Of a DNA stretch of 64,000 nucleotides, positions 14,051 through 28,558 are shown one piece after another. The translations under genes were made by a program, and so were the position numbers. The stretch is from Octopus vulgaris. Lineage: Eukaryota. Under the pieces are notes generated by a model. The model worked only from the letters and a program-made list of their open reading frames with translations, was not told where the DNA came from and did not search any database. The stretch is from the NCBI GenBank assembly GCA_951406725.2, contig OX597832.1, positions 31,434,001 through 31,498,000 on the forward strand, in the 5' to 3' direction. The stretch's first letter is position 1. The number at the start of each line of letters is the position of its first letter.

Positions 14051-14179
14051 CAAGAATTTGTAGTTAGTGACGATTAAGTTCCAATGAAAGAGCTTTGTTT
14101 TTGAAGAAGAAACCAGCTCTATCTCTACGGAGGAAACGTTTTTTAAAAATAAAACCATACGAACACACACACACACACA

Positions 14180-14242
<63 letters not shown>

Positions 14243-14265
14243 GCATATACATTCATACTCTTACA

Positions 14266-14324
<59 letters not shown>

Positions 14325-15261
14325 ACACACACACGGGGGTGGCATGCATTTGGCAAAGAGTTCAAGAGGCCTTATCTAGCCACAACATGAATTAAAGACC
14401 GTGCAATGAGGTCAGCACTGCACACTCCGGTATAAAGCGGTTATTGTGTAATTATCAGGATGGGCACAAGAGGGCGTTGTTCTATTCATGTAAAGTGATG
14501 AATACACATACGGACGCATGCGCATACACGCAAATATGCGCACTCATATAAACACAAAACGTAGATGTTGCTCAGACACGCAAATACATGTGTACGTCTA
14601 TATGTGATTTAGACATACATACATACATACACACAGACATATATGCATATATATATACATACATATATATATATGCATACATACATACACACAGACATAT
14701 ATGCATATATATATACATACATACATACATACATTCATACATACATACATATATACATATACATACATACATACATACATACACATATATACACATACAT
14801 ACTTACATACATACATACTTACATACATATATAGATAGATATATAGATAGATACATACACACATGCATACATACATACCTACCTACCTACCTTCATACAT
14901 ACATACATACATACATGCATACATACATACACATAGATACATACATAAGTACGTGTATAGATATATACACACACATATATGTATATACATACATATTTGT
15001 ATATATGTATATATATGTACACACAATCACACACACATACAAGAACTCATGTCTAGTGTGTGTGTATGATGTATGTATATGCACACACGCCTGCATACAT
15101 TCGAACTCTTACACATGATTGTATGTATGTGTATATATATATATACATACACACGTATATATATACACATATACGCATACACATATATAGATACATAGAC
15201 ATATACATGTATATATATATAAACATATATATATATATATATATATACATATATATATGTA

Positions 15262-15326
<65 letters not shown>

Positions 15327-16063
15327 GCATGTATATATCTATAGGTCTTTTTCTATATATATATATAGAAAAAGAAACTCCGCGTGCTTCAAATAGGTGT
15401 CGCTCCATTTGTCTTGATTCTTTAATCTTGCTTCTTATAAAAGATTTACCAAAAACATGAGCTTAATTCACTAAATTTCATTAAACTGGACTGTCGAGAG
15501 TTAAGTGTGTTGGTCATGGACCCATTACAGTGAACTATGCTAGATTGTGGTACCTACTTACAGCTAAGTAGACTCAGCTATTGACAAATGTGCCGGTCAT
15601 GAACAGAGTATAGTGTACTATAACACAGTATGGTACCTACCTACGCACGGCTAGGCAGACTGTGTCTTTTGGGGGTGATCTCTCCTGGACATATTATAGC
15701 GTATGTGTGAAGATAAGGACCTTCGATGGCATGTTTGGTTGCTGTATAGCTAATCTAGTTTGTTGTCAACGGTTCTTTTCCACCAAACTCTCTTGGTCAA
15801 AATAAAAATACAAATGGAAAGAATAAACGTCACCAAAACCTCAAATCGACAGATTGTTGCATTAAAAGTTTTTTTTTTTATTCTCAGATTTTGGCGAAGT
15901 TTCCAAAACGTTGGTTAACAAACGCCGACCACAACGTTGTACTGCGACAAAGTTAGACTTGAAGAATCTAGCTTCCAACTTGAAGCTAATTCCTGCGAAA
16001 CAAGAAGAAGAAACGAAAGGAAGAAAACGTTGCGAAAGGCTTGTGTTCTTCGAATACACACAT

Positions 16064-16127
<64 letters not shown>

Positions 16128-17124
16128 ACGCACACACACACACATGCACGCGCGCGATTACACACTCACAGACAGACACACACACGCATACACATATACA
16201 TACTCACGTAGATATAAACACACACATACACATATAAACATACACACACATACTCGCAGACGCACACGCATAGACATTCACTCTCTCTTTTTCTCCTCCT
16301 CTGTGTATATACACATGCACACATACATACATACATACATTGCATACATACATACATTGCATACATACATACATACATACATACATACATACATACATAC
16401 ATACACACATACGTACGTACATACATACATACACACACGCATATAGTATATATGTATGTATGTGTATATATAGACACACACGTATATATACATGCATATA
16501 CATACATGTATGAATCTATCTTAGCCTCTGTATATAAATCTCTCTGTATCTCTTCCTCTCCGTCTTTCTCTATCTCTCTCTCTATGTATATATTCACACA
16601 CACATACACCTGTCTGTACACACACACACAAACACACTCACAGTCATATATACACATACACGTACACACACACACACATACACCCGCCCATATAGACTGT
16701 TCTCCCCCTCCACCCTCTTTCCTATTCTTAAACGTTCACAAATGTTAAAAGTGTAAAACTGCTCCGATGTAGAAACACTAATGAATGCGAGATTTTAATT
16801 TCCGTTTTCCATTCTTGAAAGGATCATTTCAACATCTACCTTATTGACCTTTCTTTCTTCCTTCCTCGCCTCCCCTCTTCGTGTCTTCCTCTCTCTTTCT
16901 TTCGCTTCTTAAATCGATTCCAGCAAAAGGTGGAGAGTAGAGGCCAACGAAAAAGAGCGATTCTTTAAGAAAATTCTTCAACAAACGGTGTGAAGAGTTT
17001 TTCGATTTAGCTTAAGCGGCGATTTCGGGTGGAATTGACCAACTTCTGCAAATTGGTACTAACGAAGATGGTATACATCATTAATTCCTGCTGTTTGAGC
17101 TGATTTCCTGCTTACAACACTATA

Positions 17125-17160
<36 letters not shown>

Positions 17161-17164
17161 TGTT

Positions 17165-17205
<41 letters not shown>

Positions 17206-17276
17206 TTGTATTTCTATATATCTTCATATGCATGTACGTATATAATAAATGTATATATTGCATTATACATTATATA

Positions 17277-17330
<54 letters not shown>

Positions 17331-17333
<3 letters not shown>

Positions 17334-17480
17334 CACAGGTATGGCTGTGTGGTAAGGTGTTGGCTCCCCAACCCCATGGTTCCGAGTTCAGTCCCACTGC
17401 GTGACACCTTGGGCAAGTATCTTCTATTGTAACTCCGAGCCTTATGGTTGGATTTGGTAGACGGAAACTGAAAGAAGCCT
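17331..17480 (+). mobile_element. tRNA-derived SINE family B (CORE-like), 5' half
   Basis: A box TGGCTGTGTGG, B box GAGTTCAGTCC and CACCTTGGGCAAGT core; homologous to 31878-32330. Confidence 0.85.
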
Positions 17481-17599
17481 CTCTCTCTCTCGCGCGCACG
17501 CATGTATGTGTATATGTGCATACATACATACATTCATATGCTCACACACATCTAAAAGGTTTTTTCAGCTCAATATTTGCATTCTACTGGAAGAAGGAG

Positions 17600-17762
17600 T
17601 TGGTCAGTTACATCGACCCCAGTACTCAACTGGTACTTATATCATCGACCCTGAAAAGATGAAAGGAAAAGCCGACCTCGACGAATTTGATCTCAGAACC
17701 GGGGGAAATGGCGTTGAACATTTCGTCCGGCGTTTCTAACGATTCTGCCAGCTTCGGCGCCT
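17600..17762 (-). mobile_element. SINE family A, degenerate copy
   Basis: Reverse-complement similarity to 58034-58265 (ATCGACCCCAGTAC..CTGGTACTTA..GATGAAAGG). Confidence 0.8.
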
Positions 17763-17855
17763 TCCGTCTCCGTTTAAATGTCTCTTTATGAATGATGGGA
17801 GTCATTCATAACTGTTGGTATGTCTACAGAAAACTGTTGAACATAGTAAATAATA

Positions 17856-18244
17856 TTTTCTACTCTATGTACAAAGCCCGAAATTTTGGGGAAGGGTGCC
17901 AGGCGATTAGATCGACCCCAGTACGCAACTGGTACTTATTTGATCAACCCCGAAAGGATGAAAGGCAAGGTCGATCTCGGTGGAATTTGAATTCAGAACG
18001 TAAAGACAGACGAAATACCTATTTCTATTTCTTTACTACTGACAAGGGGCTAAACACAGAGAGGACAAACAAGGACAGACAAAAGGATTAAGTCGATTAT
18101 GTCGACCCCAGTGCGTAACTGGTACTTATTTAATCGACCCTGAAAGGATGAAAGGCAAAGTTGACCTCGGCGGAATTTGAACTCAGACGAAATACAGCTA
18201 CGCATTTCGCCCGGCATGCTAACGTTTCTGCCAGCTCGCTGCCT
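17856..18244 (-). mobile_element. two fused SINE family A units with different 3' tails
   Basis: Unit 18244-18020 is near full length with tail B. It is followed directly by a 5'-truncated unit 18019-17856 with tail A (CCCCAAAATTTCGGGCTTTGT..AGAGTAGAAAA). Confidence 0.9.
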
Positions 18245-18725
18245 TTGAATATAATAAATAATGAGAATTAATAGAAGACTTTCATAGTTGTGACTCTGTT
18301 TCAGCGATGACAATCATAGTGTGGTGGTAGCCAGGTAGATTAGACTGAGTGTCTTGGCTACAGTAGAGCGAGTTTCGCTGTTCTGTGGTACCGACGTACA
18401 GCCAGGTGGACTGGGCAGTTGACGATTAAGTGTGTTGGCCAATGATACATTGTGGTATCTACACACACAAACATATACATATACGCATATAATTTTACGT
18501 ATATGCATATATATATACGTGTACATAGAACCACACACAGTAACAAATATCTACATAAATACAAACAGCCTTCTCTCTCTCTCATGTGTGTGTATATACA
18601 TACATACAACATACACACATACATTCATACCTACATACAACATACACACACACACACACACACTCACACACACACACACACATATATATATATCCATATA
18701 TATATATACATATATATATATATGG

Positions 18726-18758
<33 letters not shown>

Positions 18759-18782
18759 GATATATGTATGCGTGTATGTATG

Positions 18783-18822
<40 letters not shown>

Positions 18823-19101
18823 CACATGCAAAAAAGACAAACAGACAGACGGTCCCCCCCTCCCACCTCAACAGTGATAAAATGTCAGCTGTCATAATAA
18901 ATACTGTAAAACGTTCTGTTACAATTGGCTTCTGCTGCTGCTGCTGCTGTTGTTGTTGTTGTTGGTGCTGCTGTCACTGAGGACGCTGCAGTTGTTGTTA
19001 GTCTTATTTCTGTTGTGATTGATGTTGTTCTTGCAGTTGTTGTTGTTGTTATCGTTCTTCTTGTGCTTGTTTTCGTTTTGTTTAGGATGTTGCTGCCTTT
19101 T

Positions 19102-19206
19102 GCTGCTGCCGCTGCTGCCGCTGCCGCCGCTGCCGCCGCTGCCGCCGCTGCCGCCGCTGCCGCCGCTGCCGCCGCTGCCGCCGCTGCCGCCGCTGCCGCC
19201 GCTGCT
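19102..19206. repeat. (GCCGCCGCT)n 9-bp GC-rich repeat
   Basis: About 9 perfect units plus flanking GCT/GCC. Confidence 0.95.
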
Positions 19207-19241
19207 TTCTCGGTTGCAGCTGCTTTTTAGTGGTTTTGTTG

Positions 19242-19244
19242 TTG

Positions 19245-19276
<32 letters not shown>

Positions 19277-19292
19277 GATGGTGGTGGTGATG

Positions 19293-19324
<32 letters not shown>

Positions 19325-19425
19325 GGTGATGATGATGATGGTGATGATGATGATGGTGGTGGTGGTGGTGATTATGGTGATGATGATGATGATGATGATT
19401 GTAGTGGTGGTGATAATGATGATGG

Positions 19426-19477
<52 letters not shown>

Positions 19478-19520
19478 GATTATGGTGATGGTAATGGTGA
19501 TGATGATGATAATAATAATG
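19242..19520. repeat. (GAT/GGT)n microsatellite
   Basis: Directly visible tandem repeat. Confidence 0.95.
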
Positions 19521-19614
19521 ATAAGGAGGAGGAGGAAAGGGAGGAAGGGGGAAAGAGGAAGAGAAAGGGGAGGAAGCTGTTGCGTTTACATATATATATA
19601 CACATATACATATG

Positions 19615-19658
<44 letters not shown>

Positions 19659-19894
19659 CACACACACACTCACACACACACACATATATATATATAAATC
19701 AAAAATGCATTAAATACTGCAAAACGGACAGGTAGGACAGACATGAAGGACCGTAACTCTTCATCGGTTATCGACCGAAAATATTAATACTCAGTTTCGT
19801 ACCTTTAATGACACACATAATATCCAGACACATATAGAAGTCTCATACGCCTTCTCTCTGTCTCTCTCTGTCTCTCTCTGTCTCTCTCTGTCTC

Positions 19895-19929
<35 letters not shown>

Positions 19930-20974
19930 TACACACACATGTATATACGCACACAGAAAGACCCAATAAATAAAGGGAAATTACACATATTGAATTAATA
20001 TTTTCCATCTTATAAAATGCCAACGCGCTTCTATCAAATAAGCGTCTTAGGGTCCTCGGACGCGATCGTTCTGTGCCACTGATGGATTCAAATTAAATCA
20101 ATTACACCCGCCCACACACACACACATACAGAAACACACACATACAGAAACACACACACATATTTACACACATATACATACGTCGAGAGAAACGAAATCT
20201 TCTACAGAGAAATGGCATAAACACGCTCCAATCTCAAATATGATTTAATTTGAGTTGGAAAACTTCAGTTCAATGAAATTATCCATGCAATTAGTTAACA
20301 AAATCTCCTTGTAAAGCTATAAAAACACCTAAAGGCAACTCAACAAAGAAGGGGCCTACACCTATAATAACATGGACTGATTGTTGTCTTTAATGCGCAT
20401 GTCATTGCCCTGAGGTCATTTCCTGTCAGCCATGATGATTTTTTTTTTTGATATGAAATACGTCTAATTCGTTGGTCTTATTATTTCTGTCACTGTACGA
20501 CTCTTGGCGACGGTGGCGACATCGATGGTGGCGATGGCGATGATGCTAATGATGATGATGGTGGTGGTGGTGGTAGTAATGGCGATGATGATGTTAATAA
20601 TAAAAGCAATGATAACAACATCAATATCAACAACAAAGACAGCAGCAATAATAATAATTAGAATTATGACTTCTTGTTTTTGCTCGTACTGATGTTGGTG
20701 TTGTTGTTGCTGTTGTTGTTGCTTCCCATATGGTTTCTGTTTTTGCTGGTGACTGAAGTTTTTGCAGCTTTTTTTTTTCCTTGTTATTCTTTTCGTTGCT
20801 GTTGTTGTCACCATAGTAACTGATTTCAAGCTATAATTTATATAAGGTTCGTGACATCCTTCTTACAGTGTTTGCGCAGCTGCTGCAACAGTAGCAACAA
20901 CAGTAGTGGTAGTAGTTGCAACAGCAACCAGAAGTGGTGGTGGTGGTGGTGGGGGGGGGTTTGATGTTAGCAGC

Positions 20975-21010
<36 letters not shown>

Positions 21011-21061
21011 TATTGAAATTTTATTCGCAATAAACTCATAGTAGATATATCCCGATAAAAA

Positions 21062-21342
<281 letters not shown>

Positions 21343-21344
21343 CT

Positions 21345-22095
21345 TTGATAAAAACAAGAAAGCATCATACTCAGTAAAAAAAAAACAACAATAAAGAATC
21401 ATACTCAGTAACAGAAGAGGCAAAGGAATATCTAAGAGAATTCCAAATACAACAAATTGCAGAATGAGACGAACTAGAAACAAGCGCAGAAAAAGCTAAG
21501 CGTATGAAAACCAGCGCTAAAACTGCTGCCTTAGATATTCTTACTGATAAATGGCAAGAATAACCTCTCAATGAGAAATACTCAAAGAGAGCTAATAATA
21601 CCGATGTTGACAAAGCCCTTAACCATCAATGGTTAGTGTCTTCTGGCTTAAAATCAGAAACAGAAGGGTTTTTCATTGCAGCCCAAGAAGAATGCCTACC
21701 TACAAGAAACTACCCGGCCAACATATTAAACAACGGTAGTAGCTCAACATGTCGAGTATGTACACAACAAAAGGAAGCCATTGATCATGTTGTCTCCATG
21801 TGCAGTCTTCTCGTGCCTACAGAGTATCTCAATAGGCATGATAGAGCAGCACAATATATTCACAGGGTAATTTGCAAAAGCCTGGACCTGCCCCATGATA
21901 AAAACTGGTGGGAACACAAACCACCTCCAGTGCTTGAAAATGATCACAGCTCACTCCTCTGGAACTTCACCGTTCAAACTGACGGAAAGATAGATGCGAA
22001 TAGGCCAGACATCATATTGAAAGACTTCAGACAAAAATCATACCTCTTCATTGATATGACTGTCCCAATCGACATAGATGTATCTGTCAAGACCT
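21345..22095 (+). mobile_element. R4/Dong-type non-LTR retrotransposon C-terminal fragment (zinc knuckle + restriction-like endonuclease)
   Basis: WLVSSGLKSETEGFFIAAQE, CRVC..EAIDHVVSMC, YLNRHD and ANRPDIIL..IDMTVP motifs; upstream in-frame stops; begins in (TAA)n. Confidence 0.92.
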
Positions 22096-22412
22096 ACGCG
22101 GAACTCTATGTTTAACAGATGGAACGACTCAACACGGCTAGTCAAGAGAAAAGACCTAATCGGTAGCATGGAGTTCTTCTGCTGCACGACAACACCCGCC
22201 CTCACACCGCCAATATGACAAAGAAGCCATTCAAACGCATGGCTGGGAAGTGCTGCCACACCCGCCGCACTTTCTTGATTTGGCACCAATGGATTCCCAC
22301 CTCTTTCGATCACTTTCAAATGCTATGTGCGGAGTTTCGTTCAATACTGATGCAGAATTGAGAGATTGGTTAGACCAATTTTTCGAGTCGAAATCGGGTG
22401 ATTTCTACCTAA
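22096..22412 (+). mobile_element. mariner (DD34D) transposase pseudogene fragment
   Basis: LLLHDNTRPH and WEVLPHPPHFLDLAPMDSHLFRSL match the HDNARPH and YSPDLAPxD motifs. Confidence 0.92.
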
Positions 22413-22599
22413 AGTCAGTGATGGAACACTCTTCATAATGGACTCACCCTAGGACGGATCCTGGTGAGTCCAAACATGTCATCAGCTGTTCCACATAAAC
22501 CCATTACTCCACAATTCTTGCACACTGGACGCGTACGCCTAGTGCAGTATCGTCGCTCTTTTCATTTTAAGCTAGACTGACCTACGACGTTTCTGTGCC

Positions 22600-22752
22600 T
22601 GCAGACTTTCTTTCGAACAGGCAATGCTCCCTGGCAGCACTGCCAAGCCAGAGATTTTGGGAATTATCGATGGTGTTCGGCTTGAAAATCCTCTGGAACA
22701 GACCAGCCAATTAATTCATATCGACGCCCGGAGTCTCCCCGCCAACGCGTCA
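22600..22752 (-). mobile_element. Tx1-like LINE fragment
   Basis: Reverse-complement similarity to 35045-35200 (GGCGTCGA..GATAATT..CTGGCTTGGCAGTGCTGCC). Confidence 0.7.
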
Positions 22753-22771
22753 CGTTTGCTCAAAGAATTCT

Positions 22772-23010
22772 AAAATGGAATTCCGAAGTCGGTCCTTGGG
22801 AAGGATTACTTGAGCCGTGCACAATGTTACGACTGGTTCTAGCATTTCTGATCCGGTCCATAGAAACGGTTTTTAATCCTGAAAACCTTCCACATTAACT
22901 AACGCTGATTTCGTTGCGAAGGATCATGTGACCCATGAAAGTCATCGTTGTCTGTGAAGTTTCTGAAGAATATGGGGTCTGTAAAAGTTCATGTTTCGTG
23001 ATGTTAAAGG
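22772..23010 (+). mobile_element. mariner transposase N-terminal HTH fragment
   Basis: LSRAQCYDWF*HF*SG resembles LSRTQCYEWFxRFKSG. Confidence 0.6.
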
Positions 23011-23060
23011 AATGGTTGAAGACTCATTATGTTGCTGTCATACCCACTGACAGATAGACA

Positions 23061-23515
23061 AAAATCAACCGAGTCTCAGTAAGTCAGCAGATATTTCATT
23101 GAACCACATAGAGTCGCAGGGAATCTGGAGGTATTTGATTGTGCCACATGAAGTCACAGTGAGTCACGAACCGTTTGATCATGCCACATGTACTCATGGT
23201 GAGTCGGAAGCCGTTTTATCGTGCCACATAGAGTCACAGTGAGTCAGAAACTGTTTTATCGTGCCACATAGAGTCACAGTGAGCCAGAAACTGTTTTATA
23301 GTGCGCATAGAGTCACAGTGGGTCAGGAGCTGTTTGATTATGCCACATACACTCATAGTGAGTCGGAAGCCATTTTATCGTGCCACATAGAGTCACAGTG
23401 AGTCGGAAGTCGTTTTATCGTGCCACATAGAGTCACAGTGAGTCAGGAGTTGTTTGATCCTGTTACATAAGAGTCTCAGTGAGCGACGAAGTATTTAATA
23501 GTGCGACATAGTGTT
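23061..23515. repeat. 40-bp minisatellite, about 11 units
   Basis: Consensus GTGCCACATAGAGTCACAGTGAGTCAGAAACTGTTTTATC, head-to-tail with no spacers. Confidence 0.95.
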
Positions 23516-23856
23516 TCGTTCAATGACTCCTCATGTCTTTGATGTATCTTCTAATCTATGAACAATCGGGCTTTTTTTTTTATCCGGGACCCTGTTGCCG
23601 ATCGGTGTCCGTCATTTTCCATCCGTTTGCTGCGTCCCCAATATATTTAATTGCGTTGGAATAAATAAGTTGTTTTAAATTGCGGCTTGCTTTTGTTTTC
23701 TCTATTAACGGGGGACACAAAACCAGCAACAACATACAACTGTACTCACAACAAAAAACACACACAAACACACACGCGCGCGCGCGCACGAATTGTAGGA
23801 ATGTGTACACGAGTGTCAAAATAATATCTCAAGTTGAATATTCATACCTTCCCCCC

Positions 23857-23887
<31 letters not shown>

Positions 23888-24423
23888 CATGATATATGTA
23901 TATATGTATGTATGTATTTACATGCATGTATACACACATACACATTTATATATTCTCATATATTGCTCTACTTTCTTCAGACACATATGTATATAATTTT
24001 ACATAAATAAGTCCATATGTATATATACCTCCATAATTACATACCTACGTATGAATATACATACATACACACGTACGCACGCATACACACATATATTTAT
24101 TTAATTATATATATATATATATATATAAGTGGGTGTACTTAGCGATTCTTGGTGTATTTCTCAATCTTTATACATCGCTGCCGCAATATTTTCATTTCAA
24201 ATTCCTCTACACACATAACGATGCCATATATACTTACTGCTGTTTACATATTTGGCTAAGAGGTTATACGCATATAAACACGCGCACAGACATGTATGTA
24301 TGTATGTATGTATGTATGTATGTATGTATGTATGTATGTATGTATGTATGTATGTATGAATGTATGTATGTATGTATACACACACACACACACACGCACA
24401 TATATACATATACATACATTCAT

Positions 24424-24464
<41 letters not shown>

Positions 24465-24465
24465 G

Positions 24466-24555
<90 letters not shown>

Positions 24556-25002
24556 GTACGTATGTATGTATGCATCTAACTATCTATCTATCTGTTTGTC
24601 TATCAATCTATTTGTATACGCACTGACACACACGCAGACAAACATACACACACACACACACACACGCACATATTAATATATATATAGATGTATATAGATT
24701 TATATATACGCTGTACATTGTGTTAGAAACAGTTGTATAGTGTAAACATTACCAGTGCCTCATCCAGAATGTATGCGTCTTGGCTGTTAAACGGTGTCGT
24801 TTTGCCCTTAGAAAGTCCCTTTAAAGATGTAGAGTGTTTAAAAGATTATATTCCAAAGCCAGGCGAAATGAACTTCACGGGAGAGAACGAGAACGGGTCG
24901 TATACACGATTCACCCTCGAAACGAATTCGTATTCCTGGTCTGAGGTATAATATACATATAGCTAGAAATCTATGTCTACGGAAAACCATGCGTCTACTG
25001 TG

Positions 25003-25108
<106 letters not shown>

Positions 25109-25952
25109 GAACGAGGGGTGAATCCAAATTATGGCAACAAAAGGAATTCTGCTAAAACTTCTCAGGACAAATAATTGGTTCTCAGGTTAGATTCTCTGCG
25201 CCGAGGAAGCAATACAAGAGTCTGTTCGCTCTTCACCATATCGTGGGAGATAAAATAAGCTACATGAAATTATGCAAATGGCGACGTAACACGATTTAAA
25301 ATAAGATCGAAAAAATAACTCAGTAAAATGGTGACAACATTGGAAGTTATGGTTCTGCGAAATAATAATATTAGGGTTATGGCCCCGAAGAGTATAAATA
25401 TTGCGCTTCTATTAATACTGACTTTATAAAAATGTGAAAGTAAAGACAAGATTACTATTAAGTATGCACATACACGCATATCCCGCCTAAACATTTGTAT
25501 ATATATATATATATGTATGTATGTACCTATATATATATATATATGTATGTATGTATGTACCTATATATATATATATATATGTATGTATGTACCTATATAT
25601 ATATATATATGCGTGCGTGTATGTGTGTGTGTATGTTTTTTTTCATGAAAATATTAAGACATTAATTGAGAAAGAACTCAATCTATGTGTGTGCCGAATG
25701 TAAAATTTATTTCTACGAAGGAAAATTTGACTGATTTTGCTGTTCAGCGGGTGAATGGATACAAAGACATACTCAGAAATACACACACATATGTATGAAT
25801 GTGTGTGTGTGTGTGTATGTATGTATGTGTGTGTGTGTGTACGTGTGCATACATTGTGGCCAATTACTATTTGGGAAACGTGTTCGCCCACTGTTTGAAA
25901 GAACTCGATGTGGAATACAAAAGCATTTTATAAATGGGTTTATGCATAGTCC

Positions 25953-25997
<45 letters not shown>

Positions 25998-26020
25998 TAC
26001 ATACATACATACTATCTATC

Positions 26021-26081
<61 letters not shown>

Positions 26082-26131
26082 ATGTATAAGTGCGTATGTG
26101 TCTGTATGTGAATATTAATATATATATGTAC

Positions 26132-26279
<148 letters not shown>

Positions 26280-26710
26280 TGCAAGCATATACATACATAC
26301 AAAAATACACACCAACATATCAACACACACACCCATTTATATATATATATATATAAATCAGCACGGATAAAAATGGCGGGCATATGGAACAAAATGTTAA
26401 TTAAAATATATAAATAGTCACTATAAAACGATCATTTTATTCAGATAATCATCTTAGTAAAACCAAAAACTGACTGGCTTTGCTTCATAATTATGTATTC
26501 CGAACGTTCTGCTAGAATTTAGTTCCAGAATGGAAAACGTAATTGCCTATTCTAAATAGTTAATTCGGCAGCAAAGGGTTAAGAATTCGGTTTGTTATAT
26601 GGCCCTGATAGAAGATGGAATTAAATCTACCGCATTATCTGTCCATGCAGTATTGGTTATGACGAAACTGAAGGGGGGCGGGGATACGCGCATACACATC
26701 ACATCGCATT

Positions 26711-27590
26711 ACATACATTCATACATACATACATACATGCATACATACATACATACATACATACATACATACACACACATACATACATACATACATACAC
26801 ACATACATACATACATAGACACACACATACATACATACATGCATACACATAAATACATACATACATTCATACATACATACATACATACATAGATACATGC
26901 ATACATACATACATACATACATACATACATGCATACATGCATACACATACATACATACATACATACATACACACATACATACATACACACATACATACAT
27001 ACATACACACATACATACATACATACACACATACATACATACATACATACATACATACATACATACATACATACATACATACATACATACATACATACAT
27101 ACATACATACATACATACATACATACATACATACATACACACATACATACATACATACATACATACATACATACACACATACATACATACATACACACAT
27201 ACACATACATACATACATACATACATGCATACATACTTGCATACATACATTCATACATACATACACACATACACATACATACATACATACATACATGCAT
27301 ACATACTTGCATACATACATTCATACATACATACATTCATACATACATACATACATTCATACATACATACATATATATATTCATTCATACATACATACAT
27401 TCATACATACATACATATATATATATTCATTCATACATACATACATACATACATTCATACATACATACATACATAGATACATACATGCATACTTGCATAC
27501 ATACATACATTCATACATACACACATACACATACATACATACATACACACATACACATACATACATACATGCATACATACATACATATGT
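26711..27590. repeat. (TACA)n microsatellite
   Basis: Directly visible tandem repeat. Confidence 0.98.
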
Positions 27591-27693
27591 ATATACCTAA
27601 ACACCATTTCGCTTTCTTTCTCTAAAAGTGGTTGTGTACAAAATTCAATCAAATATGTATATATGCATGTATGTGCATGTGTGCTAGTGTGTG

Positions 27694-27769
<76 letters not shown>

Positions 27770-28087
27770 GTCATCTATGCATATCCTTGAATGGATGTAC
27801 ATATATATATATATATATATACTTACATATAAACATATATATATGTGTGTGTGTGTATGTGTGTGTATGCGTGCGTGCGTGTGCATATGTTTCTATGTAA
27901 GCTTATCTGATAAAAAATTCTCATTTTCTTTATCTATCCATCTATCTATATCTATCTATATCCGTCTATCTACCTATCTATCTATCAACCTATCTATCTA
28001 TCCATATGTCTACGTAGTTCTGTGAATATATATTCAAATATAAGCCTACATATACTTACTCATGCACAGACACAGACAGACAGACAG

Positions 28088-28121
<34 letters not shown>

Positions 28122-28426
28122 ACACACACATTTAATAAGTTCCCAAACTTTTATAAATATCAAATATTATTCAGCAAATTTTTTAAAAAAAGCAACATAT
28201 TTTTTTAACTTTTATCAGTCTTTAAAAATTGATTTTTGATATTTTCTTTTGGTATCATGTGGGTGGCTGAACTCTGCCAAACATATTGTAGTGTAGGGTG
28301 AGATACGGGTTGTAGGTAAAACCATATTAGTTGTGTGATAAACAGAAGCACGTGAAAGACAGACACACAGTCAGCTCCATAGAAAAACTACTTTCTTTTA
28401 GTAGCACACACACACAATATATATAC

Positions 28427-28490
<64 letters not shown>

Positions 28491-28527
28491 GTATACAGGT
28501 ATGTATATATATACACATATATAAATG

Positions 28528-28558
<31 letters not shown>

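Noticed and set aside
15347-15376. Palindrome TCTTTTTCTATATA..TAGAAAAAGA
   Set aside because: Short fold-back centred on (TA)n; most simply a replication or repair product.
18925-19735. Poly-Ala, LPP-repeat and poly-Asp ORFs
   Set aside because: Adjacent trinucleotide and 9-bp repeats with non-ATG starts and no domain.
21636-22115. Host nuclease gene
   Set aside because: Truncated Dong-type retrotransposon with upstream stops, interrupted by a mariner fragment.
23061-23515. CRISPR-like array
   Set aside because: Units are contiguous with no unique spacers, the context is eukaryotic and there are no cas genes.
24733-24951. 72-aa ORF as an exon
   Set aside because: Weak acceptor and donor, and no recognisable homology.
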